From Gemmatimonadota bacterium (GTDB lineage: Bacteria > Gemmatimonadota > Gemmatimonadetes > Gemmatimonadales > GWC2-71-9): a DNA stretch of 64,000 nt. Positions within the stretch are counted from its first letter, which is position 1; the number at the start of each line of letters is the position of its first letter. Shown here piece after piece: positions 48,731-58,713 of this stretch. The stretch spans positions 128,001 to 192,000 of the forward strand of contig JBDHKN010000006.1 in the NCBI GenBank assembly GCA_039586365.1, in the 5' to 3' direction. A program made the translations under genes and the position numbers. The notes under the pieces are model-generated. The model saw only the letters and a program-made list of their open reading frames with translations. It searched no databases and was not told where the DNA came from.

Positions 48731-50547
48731 TACCGGCTCACCTTGAGCCGTTGCTCCAGCGTGCGGAACTGGAGCCACGTTACCACGAAGATGATCGCGA
48801 ACAGCACCCAACTCATTGCGGCGGCGTTGCCGAACCGGAAGAACTCCCACGCCTCCTGATAAATGTGAAAGACTGCCACATCAGTGGCGTGCAGCGGTCC
48901 CCCCTCAGTCATCACGTACACGGCGCCAAAGACCTGGAATGACCCGATCACCGATGTTATCAGCACGAAGAACAGTGTGTGGCGCAGACCCGGGATTGTG
49001 ACGTGAAAGAACCGCTGCAATGGGCCGGCCCCGTCTATGCGGGCGGCGTCATATAACTCAGTGGGAATCGTGGCTAATCCTGCCTGAAACAATATCATCT
49101 GGTACCCCACCACCATCCACACAGCCATGATCATAATCGACAGGAGAGCGGTATTGGGTGAACTCAGCCAGCCTACCGCGGGTAGTCCGAGCACCGAGAG
49201 CAGCCAATTGATGAGACCGTAGTCGTCATGCAGCATCCATTGCCACACCATCGCAATGGCCACCAGACTCGTGATCGTCGGCAGAAAGAGCATTGCACGC
49301 AGGAAGACGACGCCGGCAACCTTGCGGCGCACCACCAACGCGATCCCGAGGGCGAGCGCCATCGATGCGGGCACGTGGAAAGTGAATACTGCGGTGTTGC
49401 GGATCGCGTTCCAGAACATGCCATCGCCCAGCAGGCTGACGTAGTTGGCCAACCCAATGAACGGCCGGGCAGCGTCAATCAAGCTCCATCTGTGGAGGCT
49501 GAGCCACGCCGCAAACGCGAGCGGTCCGATTGTGAAGATCAGCAAATGAACCAGCGAGGGGGCTAGGAACGACCAGGCAACGAGATTACTGCGGAAAGCC
49601 CGAGGTCGCTCGGCAAGACCGGCCAGTGACAGCAGAGGCGCGGCCAGGCTGAGCCCGATGAGGGCGACGGCTACCATGGTCGTGGTTGGTCCACCGGCGT
49701 GCTCGTAGGGCAGGCCTACCAGACGCACCGCCCCGACGTCAGCGACCGCATACCCCACGCCGTCAACCGTAATACGACCATCCGAAGGGCGGTCCGTCAT
49801 TGCCAGTGCCCGTGCCACCGGAGCTGATAACAAGGGGGATTCAACGTCTCCGGCCGAGCCACGGAGGACGAAAGCAAGGCCCGTCAACTGAGCAACTCCT
49901 CCTGGCCGCCCCGTCAGATCTCCCAGGTCCGGTACCAAGCGGAGGGCGTGGGCTGCGACTGCGACGCGGTGATCCGTTGCCTCCTGCAGCCTTGCAGTGG
50001 CCCAATTCCGGGCTAGCCAAAGCGACGACGTGAGGGAGACGATTACAGTGGTGGCCACGAGAAAACCGATGACGGCCGCTGCCCGTCGCTCGCGGATCAC
50101 GGGGAGCTTGACCCACAAGAGGAGACCCAGGAGCAATGAGCCCAGCAAGGTGAACAGCGCAGCTGAGTTCGCGACGGGTATTCGGGCCTCCGATCCACGG
50201 CGGGCGCTGAGGAGGAGGGTGCCGACCTGGTACCAGGAGTCGGCGTCATACAACGCCGCCCGAGCGGCGAGCCCGTCTCCTGCTTGATACACCACTGACT
50301 CATCGAGCCACGGATCGACTTCGTCGCTGAGGCGCCATCGGTCAGGAAACACTCCATCCAATAGCGCCGGTTGTTGGGTCTCCCGTAGTGTTCCAACTGC
50401 GATCCTAGCTTCCGCGGCCAGCAGGTCGCGCTCCGCCGCTGTCACAGCAGACAGTGCGGTATAGAGAGCGGCCGCGCAGGCTATCGCCAGTAACGCGAAG
50501 GCGGCGCCGCCGAGGAATAGGCGGCGTTTCTGCGCAACCGGAGTCAC
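48730..50547 (-). CDS. carbohydrate ABC permease (MalF/UgpA-like) with long N-terminal extension
   Basis: C-terminal FIGLANY, ELYDAARIDGAG, GSFQVF; about 320 extra N-terminal residues. Confidence 0.88.
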   Translation of the reverse strand: MTPVAQKRRLFLGGAAFALLAIACAAALYTALSAVTAAERDLLAAEARIAVGTLRETQQPALLDGVFPDRWRLSDEVDPWLDESVVYQAGDGLAARAALYDADSWYQVGTLLLSARRGSEARIPVANSAALFTLLGSLLLGLLLWVKLPVIRERRAAAVIGFLVATTVIVSLTSSLWLARNWATARLQEATDHRVAVAAHALRLVPDLGDLTGRPGGVAQLTGLAFVLRGSAGDVESPLLSAPVARALAMTDRPSDGRITVDGVGYAVADVGAVRLVGLPYEHAGGPTTTMVAVALIGLSLAAPLLSLAGLAERPRAFRSNLVAWSFLAPSLVHLLIFTIGPLAFAAWLSLHRWSLIDAARPFIGLANYVSLLGDGMFWNAIRNTAVFTFHVPASMALALGIALVVRRKVAGVVFLRAMLFLPTITSLVAIAMVWQWMLHDDYGLINWLLSVLGLPAVGWLSSPNTALLSIMIMAVWMVVGYQMILFQAGLATIPTELYDAARIDGAGPLQRFFHVTIPGLRHTLFFVLITSVIGSFQVFGAVYVMTEGGPLHATDVAVFHIYQEAWEFFRFGNAAAMSWVLFAIIFVVTWLQFRTLEQRLKVSR

Positions 50548-51842
50548 CGTGCTCTCACTCTGTCTATCTGTCGGGCGATCTCGGAGGCAGCTTGCTGGAG
50601 ATCATCTCCCCGCAACAGGTGGCGATCCATGATGTCGAAAGAGAGTTCTTCGATCTCGTAGAAGTCCACGACCACCGCACCCCAGGGAGGGCGACTACCG
50701 GCTACCTGCGTTAGGAATGCCTGCTCTAGTCCCAGCGTATCTTGCTGGGCCAGTTCCAGCGCCACTGTTCGGAATGCCGGGATCTCGAGGTGGTTCTCCC
50801 CACGAATGCGCTGCGCTTCCTCGCCAGCCAAGAAAGCCGCTAGTTCCACTGCCAGTCTCTTGCGACTCACGTTGGTGGGAACAGCCCAACCCGATGTGTA
50901 CACTACGTTCTGGGGGGCCGCACCCTGACGGTGGGGAATCGGTGCGATCCCGACACGGATGTCACCTCTCGCGTTGTAGTGCAGCAGCCGCGGTACCAAC
51001 CAGTGTCCGGAGTGGAGCATCGCCTGCGCTCCTACATAGAAGCGGCCCACCCGCATGGGGTCACCGCCCCGGAGGAACTGGACAGGCGCCGCCTTCCACT
51101 CGGTCACCAGGGACGTCAAGAACTCGAATGTCTCAACGGTAGCTGGGGAGTCCAGGTACCCAGCCGTTGTGTTTCCCTGTGGATCCAGGATGTCGCCCCC
51201 CGCTGACCAGACCCATGGTATCCACTCGAATAGCCGGCGCGGGAAATCGATGGCGTAAGTGTCGGTCTCACCGTCGCCGTCCAGATCCCGTGTGACGGAG
51301 CGCGCCGTCTCCAGGAATTGATCCCAGGTCCACTGATCGGCAGGGGGTGGTGGCACGTCCAGTTCGTCAAACAGGGCTCCATTGTAGAAGATGACCATGG
51401 GCGTGAAGCCCTTGGGAAATGCATGGAGCTGCTGAGACTTCGTAAAGATTCTCAGGACTTCAGGGAACACCATGGCCGGATCGTAATCCACCCTGTCTAG
51501 GTATGGTGCCAAGTCGAGCACCAATCCGCGCTCTACGAATGCGGGTATGTCCGGCGCGTCGAGCAGAAAGACATCGGGCGGAGTCCCCGAGGCTATCTCC
51601 GTCGCCAGCTTCTCACCGTAGTTCGTGACGATTGACTCGACGGTGACCTCAACTCCAGGATTCTGCTGGGAGAATCGGTCTGCGATCTGCTGCTCCGCCA
51701 TCACTTCGAGATCGGTTGCCCAATTGAGCACCCGCAGTGTTATGCGGCGGGAATCCGGTCCATCAGCAGTGCAGTTGAGCAGCAAGGGCACGAGGTGCAG
51801 CAGGGCCAGGCGTCTGGTCTTGAACAGGTCGCGGCGGCACAT
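50544..51842 (-). CDS. sugar ABC transporter substrate-binding lipoprotein
   Basis: LLLNC lipobox; GTPPDVF, FYNGALF, WTWDQF. Confidence 0.9.
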   Translation of the reverse strand: MCRRDLFKTRRLALLHLVPLLLNCTADGPDSRRITLRVLNWATDLEVMAEQQIADRFSQQNPGVEVTVESIVTNYGEKLATEIASGTPPDVFLLDAPDIPAFVERGLVLDLAPYLDRVDYDPAMVFPEVLRIFTKSQQLHAFPKGFTPMVIFYNGALFDELDVPPPPADQWTWDQFLETARSVTRDLDGDGETDTYAIDFPRRLFEWIPWVWSAGGDILDPQGNTTAGYLDSPATVETFEFLTSLVTEWKAAPVQFLRGGDPMRVGRFYVGAQAMLHSGHWLVPRLLHYNARGDIRVGIAPIPHRQGAAPQNVVYTSGWAVPTNVSRKRLAVELAAFLAGEEAQRIRGENHLEIPAFRTVALELAQQDTLGLEQAFLTQVAGSRPPWGAVVVDFYEIEELSFDIMDRHLLRGDDLQQAASEIARQIDRVRAR

Positions 51843-52955
51843 CTACAGCCGGTCCCAGCGCTGGTCGGGAATCAGGCGTTTCCGGTCTGGGCCTGCAAAC
51901 AAATGCGCCCGGGTCCTGTCTACTCTGACCCCGACTTGATCCCCCGCGGTGGCGCCGTATTCGGGGTCCACCCTGGTCACCCAGTGGTCATTCCCAGGGC
52001 CTGCGAGATGCACCAGCGATTCGTTGCCCAGCGGCTCCAGGCGGACTATCTCGGCAGTGAAGTCGACTTCATGCACCGTTGTGGTCAGATAGAGCGCCTC
52101 GGGCCGCACCCCGAGTATGGCGGGACCCGAGTGCATATAGGTTGGCAGGTCAAGTGACAGGCCGTTGCCTTGGAACACCGAGCCGATCTTCGCCGGCAGT
52201 AACTCACCCTCAGTCGTATTGATTGGTGGTGAGCCGATGAAGGTCGCCACGAAGAGATTGGTCGGCGACCGGTACACCTCGAGCGGTGTCGCGAACTGCT
52301 GTAGGCTACCGCCCTTCATGACAGCGATGCGCTGTCCCAGAGTCATGGCTTCCACCTGATCGTGCGTGACGAATATCATGGTGATGCCGAGTCTCCGGTG
52401 CAGCTGAGCGATCTCGGCGCGCATCTCCAACCTGAGTCTCGCGTCGAGGTTTGACAGGGGTTCGTCGAACAGAAAGACACTCGGCTCGCGCACCAGCGCT
52501 CGACCCAGGGCGACTCGCTGTCGCTGCCCTCCGGAGAGCTGGCCCGGACGGCGGTCGAGTAGGGGCTCGAGGTCCAGCACTGCGGCTGCGTGTATCACCT
52601 TTTCTGCAACCTCCGCCCGGGGGAGCCCGCGCATTTTGAGCCCGAACCCGAGATTCTGACGCACGGTCATATGCGGATAGAGTGCGTAGTTCTGAAACAC
52701 CATTGCTATGTCACGGTCCGCCGGCTCGACGTCGTTTACCGCTCGTGGGCCGATCCGGATCTCCCCTGCGCTCGGTTCTTCCAGTCCGGCAATGGTCCGC
52801 AGCACCGTGGTCTTGCCGCACCCCGACGGTCCCAACAGGACTACTAGTTCTCCAGGAGCGATCTCCAGGTCGAACGCGCGCACTGCCGGTACGTCGTCAA
52901 ACCACTTCTCAACCCCGCAGAGCGTGACACCGGCTGTCTTCGGCTGGTTACTCAT
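51843..52955 (-). CDS. sugar ABC transporter ATP-binding protein (UgpC/MalK-like)
   Basis: [41 protein letters not shown] domain. Confidence 0.95.
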   Translation of the reverse strand: MSNQPKTAGVTLCGVEKWFDDVPAVRAFDLEIAPGELVVLLGPSGCGKTTVLRTIAGLEEPSAGEIRIGPRAVNDVEPADRDIAMVFQNYALYPHMTVRQNLGFGLKMRGLPRAEVAEKVIHAAAVLDLEPLLDRRPGQLSGGQRQRVALGRALVREPSVFLFDEPLSNLDARLRLEMRAEIAQLHRRLGITMIFVTHDQVEAMTLGQRIAVMKGGSLQQFATPLEVYRSPTNLFVATFIGSPPINTTEGELLPAKIGSVFQGNGLSLDLPTYMHSGPAILGVRPEALYLTTTVHEVDFTAEIVRLEPLGNESLVHLAGPGNDHWVTRVDPEYGATAGDQVGVRVDRTRAHLFAGPDRKRLIPDQRWDRL

Positions 52956-55227
52956 ACGGGATCTCAAGGGGGTTTCCCACCTCGGACACGTGCTCTGTCC
53001 CGTCGACGGTGGCCACGATTGTGTGTCCCGTACGCTCGATGTCGATCGATCTGCCACGTACCACCGCACCTGTGAGTGTGACTCTGTCCAGCTCGAATGG
53101 CAGAGGATCGACGATTATCCCATCAGACGTCGGTTCCAACCCTGCCACGCCGCGGATCAACAGGTCGAGCACCCAGCTGTGCTGGTAATCGTCGATTCCG
53201 CGGTATACCGACGGATGTCCGGTGATTGGGTTGTAGTGCTCATAGCAGTTTGGCCTTTCGACGTCGCCGCCGTGAAACATCATGTGCACGAACCGAGTCA
53301 AAACATCGACAGCTACCGCACCTACCTCCCGTCTGCCACGGTGCCATTGTCTGATCAGGCCCTCGACGATATGACTGTTGATCATCGGCCAGGTACGGCC
53401 ATTCCATGGGCAGTTGTGTCGCTTTCCCTTCCACTCGGCATAGGGGTTGAAGAGGGGATCGTCCATACTCGATGACGGCACCGGATAGGGCGCGCCGAAT
53501 TCTGTCGGGTCTACCAGGTGATCGACTAGCTGGTGCAGCGTGCGTTCGTCCAACAGATCAGTCAACAGGGGATAGAAACAGACCGCTGCCTTGACGCGCG
53601 TAGGCTGCATTGCTGCGGGATTCACGTCGCTGAACATGGCAGCGACTGGATCCCACATGCACTCGGCGATGCTAGTAGCGATCAAGTCGGCACCGCTTGC
53701 CCAGTAATCCGAGTCCATATCGCACCCGAGGCGTCGAGCGATCCTCTGCAGTGCCCGCTTGAGTTGATAGGCATAGACCGTGACGTCGATACCCTTGAGG
53801 CTCAGACCAGATCGCCAGCCCACGCGATCAGCGTGAGGAAACACCACCTGATAGCGGGACATGTACTCTTGGCCCGTCTCAAAGTGGTTTGCTACATCGT
53901 ACATCCCACAGACTTCGCGGTCACGTGTTTGGTCGAGCCACTTGGCGTACCGGGAGAGGCCGTCGTAGGCGCGTTCCAGGAAGCGGATGTCGTCATGAAC
54001 GGCGTCGACAGCCAGCACAGCGTCACCCCAGTTGGCGTGGTAGAAGTCGGTTCCTATCTGGTGGTTGGTATAGATCCGGCCGTGCAGAGACCCATTTTCT
54101 CGCTGGCACTCCAGGAAGTTGAGCAGCGAGCCTCGGGCCAAGTCCGGCGTATACGCCCACCGGGTCTCCCACATGTGGCACTGGGCACTGTAGGTGATTG
54201 GAACGTGGAAGTAGCCTATTCCTTCCGCCACAGCCGGGTAGCGGACATACCCACTGTCTCCCTCCAGCCGGTTCAATCTCAGGCCGTAGATCCGATAGTC
54301 GTAGTAGCGAGTCAAGTACTCGTCGGAGCAACTGAAACGGGGGAACGATTCGAAGAAGTCAATCCAGGGGGTGGCGGGATCGCTGGAACCACGGGCCTTC
54401 GCCCTGTGGCGAGCCGCGTCCCGTCCAGTGTCCCGCTCTCCTGACGTTGCGCGGTCACAAGGGGCTAATTCTATGGAAAACTCAATGGTGGGCACTCGAT
54501 CAAACGGTACGGCTACAGCGAGGTAGACCTGGCCTGACTCAGTGATACCGCCCAACTCGATGCCGTCTCTGAGTCCGCCCGACTCGCCACCTTGCCAGTG
54601 TTCCCAGAATGGCGTGTGCTGCCACAAGGGGGTGGGCAACGCTCCCTCGGAGCGCATGGCAGCGAGCCGATGTTCACCGCTACCGATCTCGCCGTTTACC
54701 GAGAGCGTGGCCATGATCTCCAGAGGGAATTCGTGCCGGTCGATCAGAATCCGTCGCCAACGCAGCGCTGATTCGCTGTCCACTCGTTCAATCTCGTTCA
54801 CGGTCTCCCCGGGTTGTGCCGAGAAGGCCACGAGGTACCTGGTCTCAGATACTTCATCCGTTCTCGCGCCAGCATCGTGTGTGACCCACCGCGAAACTAG
54901 TCTTCCTCCAGGCTGTGCGAACCGCTCCTCACGGAGAATGAGTTGGTCGAGAGAGCGCCACTCGGTTGTAAGCTTGTGTGGTTGCCAGGAGCGATTCAGC
55001 TCACTGAGCGACAACTCGGCTCCATCGTGGTTGACCAGTGCAACGGTGAAGACGGGGGCGAACGGGTGGTTGTAGACGAGTGCCTCATCCCAGAATCCCG
55101 GACGATGCAGCATCAGTGGGAATGGAGGAGCCCAGATGATCCCGTCCCCACAAGATAGGAACCACTTGTCCTGACGTCTCAGTGCCTGCAGTCTCTCGAC
55201 ACCCGCTGAGGATGCCTGTTCAGCCAA
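52948..55227 (-). CDS. (alpha/alpha)6 glycoside hydrolase, MGH1/GH63-like (TTG start inferred)
   Basis: ETGQE, WNGRTWP, YEHYNPITG catalytic-type motifs. Confidence 0.8.
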   Translation of the reverse strand: MAEQASSAGVERLQALRRQDKWFLSCGDGIIWAPPFPLMLHRPGFWDEALVYNHPFAPVFTVALVNHDGAELSLSELNRSWQPHKLTTEWRSLDQLILREERFAQPGGRLVSRWVTHDAGARTDEVSETRYLVAFSAQPGETVNEIERVDSESALRWRRILIDRHEFPLEIMATLSVNGEIGSGEHRLAAMRSEGALPTPLWQHTPFWEHWQGGESGGLRDGIELGGITESGQVYLAVAVPFDRVPTIEFSIELAPCDRATSGERDTGRDAARHRAKARGSSDPATPWIDFFESFPRFSCSDEYLTRYYDYRIYGLRLNRLEGDSGYVRYPAVAEGIGYFHVPITYSAQCHMWETRWAYTPDLARGSLLNFLECQRENGSLHGRIYTNHQIGTDFYHANWGDAVLAVDAVHDDIRFLERAYDGLSRYAKWLDQTRDREVCGMYDVANHFETGQEYMSRYQVVFPHADRVGWRSGLSLKGIDVTVYAYQLKRALQRIARRLGCDMDSDYWASGADLIATSIAECMWDPVAAMFSDVNPAAMQPTRVKAAVCFYPLLTDLLDERTLHQLVDHLVDPTEFGAPYPVPSSSMDDPLFNPYAEWKGKRHNCPWNGRTWPMINSHIVEGLIRQWHRGRREVGAVAVDVLTRFVHMMFHGGDVERPNCYEHYNPITGHPSVYRGIDDYQHSWVLDLLIRGVAGLEPTSDGIIVDPLPFELDRVTLTGAVVRGRSIDIERTGHTIVATVDGTEHVSEVGNPLEIPYE

Positions 55228-55228
55228 G

Positions 55229-55891
55229 CTACTTCCCTCTGGCTGTGGTGAGGAGGTCAACGAAGGCGTATCCCTCCACTTCGGAGCGCTCGCCCTGGGT
55301 GAAGTCGACTGCTTGGCCAAAGGCAGGACCGTCGTAGACAAAAGTGTGATACTCGCCGTGTTCACCGCACGGATCGAGGTCGTCGGTGCATCCCAGCTCG
55401 GTTACGAGGTCGGCGTCGAGTTCGCGGCCGAGGAAAGGTGCGGCTGGTCGGCTCAGGTCTACGCTGACAACGAGCGCCTGATATCCGCGTTCGACCACTT
55501 CCCACGCCAGCTCGATCGGTGGTTCGCCCCACAGCGGCTCTAAGTGCTCGAGTCCGGCTGCCGTAACCCGATCTTCATACCAAGCACGAACCTGTTCCAG
55601 GTGGATGTTGCCGCATATCACGCCTGACACACCGTGGTCCCTGAGCTCCTGCAGTGTTCGCAGGAAGACGGTCTCGAAGTCATCCGGTCTGATGTGATCC
55701 AAGATTGGTTGCAGTCCCAGATGACGTGCCTGCCGCTCAATCAGCTTATATGGGACGCCGTGAGATCGCACGCGCTTGGAGGAGCCGTCGTATATGTTGG
55801 CGAGGTATTTGACGTCGAGATTGATTCGACGAGCTCGGTCTAAGGCGAGGACGGATTCCTTGCCGCCGCCACTCATGAGAGCATAGATCAT
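55229..55891 (-). CDS. Dph6/diphthine-ammonia ligase-like PP-loop ATPase
   Basis: SGGGKES, SHGV, CGNIHLE, EPLW, DPCGEHGEYHTFVYDGPAF. Confidence 0.88.
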   Translation of the reverse strand: MIYALMSGGGKESVLALDRARRINLDVKYLANIYDGSSKRVRSHGVPYKLIERQARHLGLQPILDHIRPDDFETVFLRTLQELRDHGVSGVICGNIHLEQVRAWYEDRVTAAGLEHLEPLWGEPPIELAWEVVERGYQALVVSVDLSRPAAPFLGRELDADLVTELGCTDDLDPCGEHGEYHTFVYDGPAFGQAVDFTQGERSEVEGYAFVDLLTTARGK

Positions 55892-56138
55892 GGTCTAAAG
55901 TACGTTCCCGGAAAGGGAGCCGGCTAGACCACCGCGAGGTCTCCCACGGGAAGTGACGAACCCAGTGGTGTGCTTGGGTATCCGGCTCTCGTGGGTCTCT
56001 ACCGATAAAGAAGATGGTCCCGGATGCCGATGAATAATGTCACGGGCTGTTCACGCACACTGTGAAGGTGGATCAGGCAAGGCTGCCGTACTGCGACAGA
56101 GGTACTAAGGTCGCGGAGTCGTTCCGAGAGGCCGCCGC

Positions 56139-56783
56139 CTACATGCCGGGTTCGCGGTGTTGGTAGAGGTAGCCGATCAAACCCTGAGCTGCCGTCACTG
56201 CGTCGGAGCAGAACTCCAGTTCGACGCGCAATATCTGTTGGCCAAGACAGCCCGCTGGTGGCCGGTGCGAAAGGAGTAGACTATCTGTTTCCACAGCTAA
56301 TCCCGGCCGGCGTCTGACGATGGAATGGATCTCCAGGCGATCGCTCCGACTCAGCGCTTGGATGCTACCGCCCGTGTGCACTATGCAATCCCGTATCAGC
56401 ATCACGTCGGAGAGCCACCGCCACAGGTTTTGTGGTGGCTCAAGGCTGAGTGATTGTGCGAGAAAGGCGTGGGCCCTCGCAAAGACATCACCTGCCAGAT
56501 CGTCTATCCCGGTGGCGAGTGCGTAATCTTGCTGTACCGTCCTGCAAAACACCGAGAGCCGCGCCTCAACGATGAGTGCCAAGAGCGTGACAAACGAGTA
56601 GGTCTGGAGCCTGGGCAACAAGTCACCAAAGTGTACCGGGTGCACACGTCCGTCTCTGGAGTTCACCGCAGTCGAGTTCTCTTCCTGGCGGACACTATCC
56701 AGCTGTATCTCGAACGTGGTGAGGTACGATCGTAGCCCGTCCAGCAGGTTGCGGGTCGTCGCTTTCTCGAGATCGACTGACAT
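56139..56783 (-). CDS. hypothetical helical protein with HEPN-type RxxxxH motif
   Basis: IRDCIVHTGG motif preceded by a helical LALIVE segment. Confidence 0.6.
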   Translation of the reverse strand: MSVDLEKATTRNLLDGLRSYLTTFEIQLDSVRQEENSTAVNSRDGRVHPVHFGDLLPRLQTYSFVTLLALIVEARLSVFCRTVQQDYALATGIDDLAGDVFARAHAFLAQSLSLEPPQNLWRWLSDVMLIRDCIVHTGGSIQALSRSDRLEIHSIVRRRPGLAVETDSLLLSHRPPAGCLGQQILRVELEFCSDAVTAAQGLIGYLYQHREPGM

Positions 56784-57091
56784 CAGGTGCTGGTGGGCAA
56801 AGCCACTTGGACTACAACTGGTAGGAGATACGCCGCCGCGACGTAGAACCAGTATCGAGGTGCGAAGTCGGGGCGATGGGACATGGGTTCGTATCCGGTG
56901 ATCTTCAATACGCTGGGGCGCACGGGCATGGTACACCACACAAGGTGTTGGGAAGCAACCACAAACATTACGACCACAACCGGAAAGCGAAAGCCTCTGC
57001 GCTGTTACGTGCCGTCGTGTTCAGAAACGGTACATGATGCTACCAGTGCGGTTCCTAGGATTGTCTAGTCTGCAATCCGGAGACACCGCCT

Positions 57092-58645
57092 GTGCTGGCG
57101 CGCGTACGATCGGCAGCCGTGCTTGGGATCGATGCATACCTGGTGGATGTCGAAATAGACATCAGCAATGGATTACCCTCGTTCACTACCGTGGGATTGC
57201 CACAAGGGGCGGTCAAGGAGGGACGGGAACGGGTCGGAGCGTCCATCGCGAACTCGGAATTCCTGTTTCCTTTGAAGCGGATAACGGTAAACCTCGCCCC
57301 GGCGGACATTCGCAAGGACGGATCGGCGTTTGATTTGCCCATTGCGCTCGGGATACTGGCGGCCACTGAGCAGCTGAATCGCAAGTCGCACGGTTTCCCT
57401 AGGCAAAGACTCGGCGATTATGTGGTCGTCGGTGAGCTGGGACTGGAAGGAGGACTACGCCCCGTCCGTGGCGCTCTACCCATTGCTCTCGAGGCCAAGT
57501 CTGCCGGAATCAAGGGTGTCATCGTGCCGGCCGCGAACCTCGCCGAAGCCGGCGTGGTGAACGGCCTCGAGATCCTCGGCGCCGAGTCTCTGGAGCAGGT
57601 TGCCGATTTCTTTGCCGGCAGAAGCTCGCTCAGAAGGGAGCAGGTCGACACACGGATCCTGTTCGGATCCAGAGTGCATGACGATGTCGACTTTGCCGAA
57701 GTGAAGGGGCAGGAACACGCCAAGCGCGCCCTAGAGATCGCTGCCGCCGGAGCGCACAACCTGTTGATGATCGGCTCGCCGGGCTCTGGGAAGACCATGC
57801 TGGCGCGGCGGGTCCCGACCATCCTGCCGAGAATGAGCCTCGAAGAGGCACTCGAGACGACGAAGATACACAGCGTTGCCGGTCTCCTACCTCCGGGGAC
57901 GTCCCTGGTGACCACGCGCCCGTTTCGTGCCCCTCACCACACCATCAGTGACGCCGGGTTGATAGGGGGCGGTTCGTATCCGCGTCCCGGAGAGGTCAGC
58001 CTGGCGCATGGTGGCGTGCTTTTCCTCGACGAGTTGCCTGAATTCCGTAAGAACGTCTTGGAGGTGCTTCGTCAACCCATGGAGGACGGATTCGTAACCA
58101 TATCCCGGGCTGCAACATCATTGTGCTATCCCGCCCGCTTCATGCTTGCGGCCGCAATGAACCCTTGCCGGTGCGGCTTGTGGGGCAATCCCGGACGGAA
58201 CTGCGTATGTAGTCTGTTGGAGGTCGAGCGCTATCTCTCGCGCATCTCAGGACCATTACTCGATCGAATCGACATTCACATCGAGGTGCCGGCGGTGCCG
58301 TATCGGGAGCTATCGGTGGATCGCTCGGGTGAGCCCAGTGCTGCGATCAGTGAGCGGGTGAACAGAGCGAGGGAAGTGCAGTTGGAGCGGTTTGCCACGC
58401 GGGACGGCGTGTACGCCAATGCGCATATGGGCCCCAGGGATCTGGGGGCGTTCTGTCGGGTGAGCGACGCGGCAGATGCGCTGCTGAAGACCGCAATCCA
58501 GCGGCTTCACCTGTCGGCCCGGGCCTATCATCGGGTACTCAAGATCGCGCGGACGATTGCGGATCTTGTGGGCAGTACCGCGATCGAGGCGGCGCAAGTC
58601 TCCGAGGCCGTTCAGTATCGGAGTCTCGACCGGCCGGTGCAGTGA
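57092..58645 (+). CDS. comM: YifB/ComM Mg-chelatase-like AAA ATPase
   Basis: VNLAPADIRKDGSAFDLPIA, GSPGSGKT, PFRAPHH, LDELPEF, SGPLLDRID. Confidence 0.95.
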   Translation: MLARVRSAAVLGIDAYLVDVEIDISNGLPSFTTVGLPQGAVKEGRERVGASIANSEFLFPLKRITVNLAPADIRKDGSAFDLPIALGILAATEQLNRKSHGFPRQRLGDYVVVGELGLEGGLRPVRGALPIALEAKSAGIKGVIVPAANLAEAGVVNGLEILGAESLEQVADFFAGRSSLRREQVDTRILFGSRVHDDVDFAEVKGQEHAKRALEIAAAGAHNLLMIGSPGSGKTMLARRVPTILPRMSLEEALETTKIHSVAGLLPPGTSLVTTRPFRAPHHTISDAGLIGGGSYPRPGEVSLAHGGVLFLDELPEFRKNVLEVLRQPMEDGFVTISRAATSLCYPARFMLAAAMNPCRCGLWGNPGRNCVCSLLEVERYLSRISGPLLDRIDIHIEVPAVPYRELSVDRSGEPSAAISERVNRAREVQLERFATRDGVYANAHMGPRDLGAFCRVSDAADALLKTAIQRLHLSARAYHRVLKIARTIADLVGSTAIEAAQVSEAVQYRSLDRPVQ

Positions 58646-58683
58646 GAATCGTCCATTTGTGGTCACGGTTTCGAGGCCTTGGA

Positions 58684-58707
58684 AAGATGACTAGAAATAG
58701 TCATCTT
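58684..58707. promoter_or_regulatory. palindromic operator of the toxin-antitoxin operon
   Basis: AAGATGACTA-GAAA-TAGTCATCTT perfect inverted repeat just before the antitoxin ATG. Confidence 0.7.
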
Positions 58708-58713
58708 ATAGTC

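Noticed and set aside
55900..56130. Cobalamin riboswitch upstream of the Dph6-like gene (CCACTG and AGACCT fragments)
   Set aside because: The conserved core and B12-box are not present in the right order on one strand.
57092..58645. comM as a disrupted integration site
   Set aside because: The gene is full length, and no integrase or att-like direct repeat was seen.
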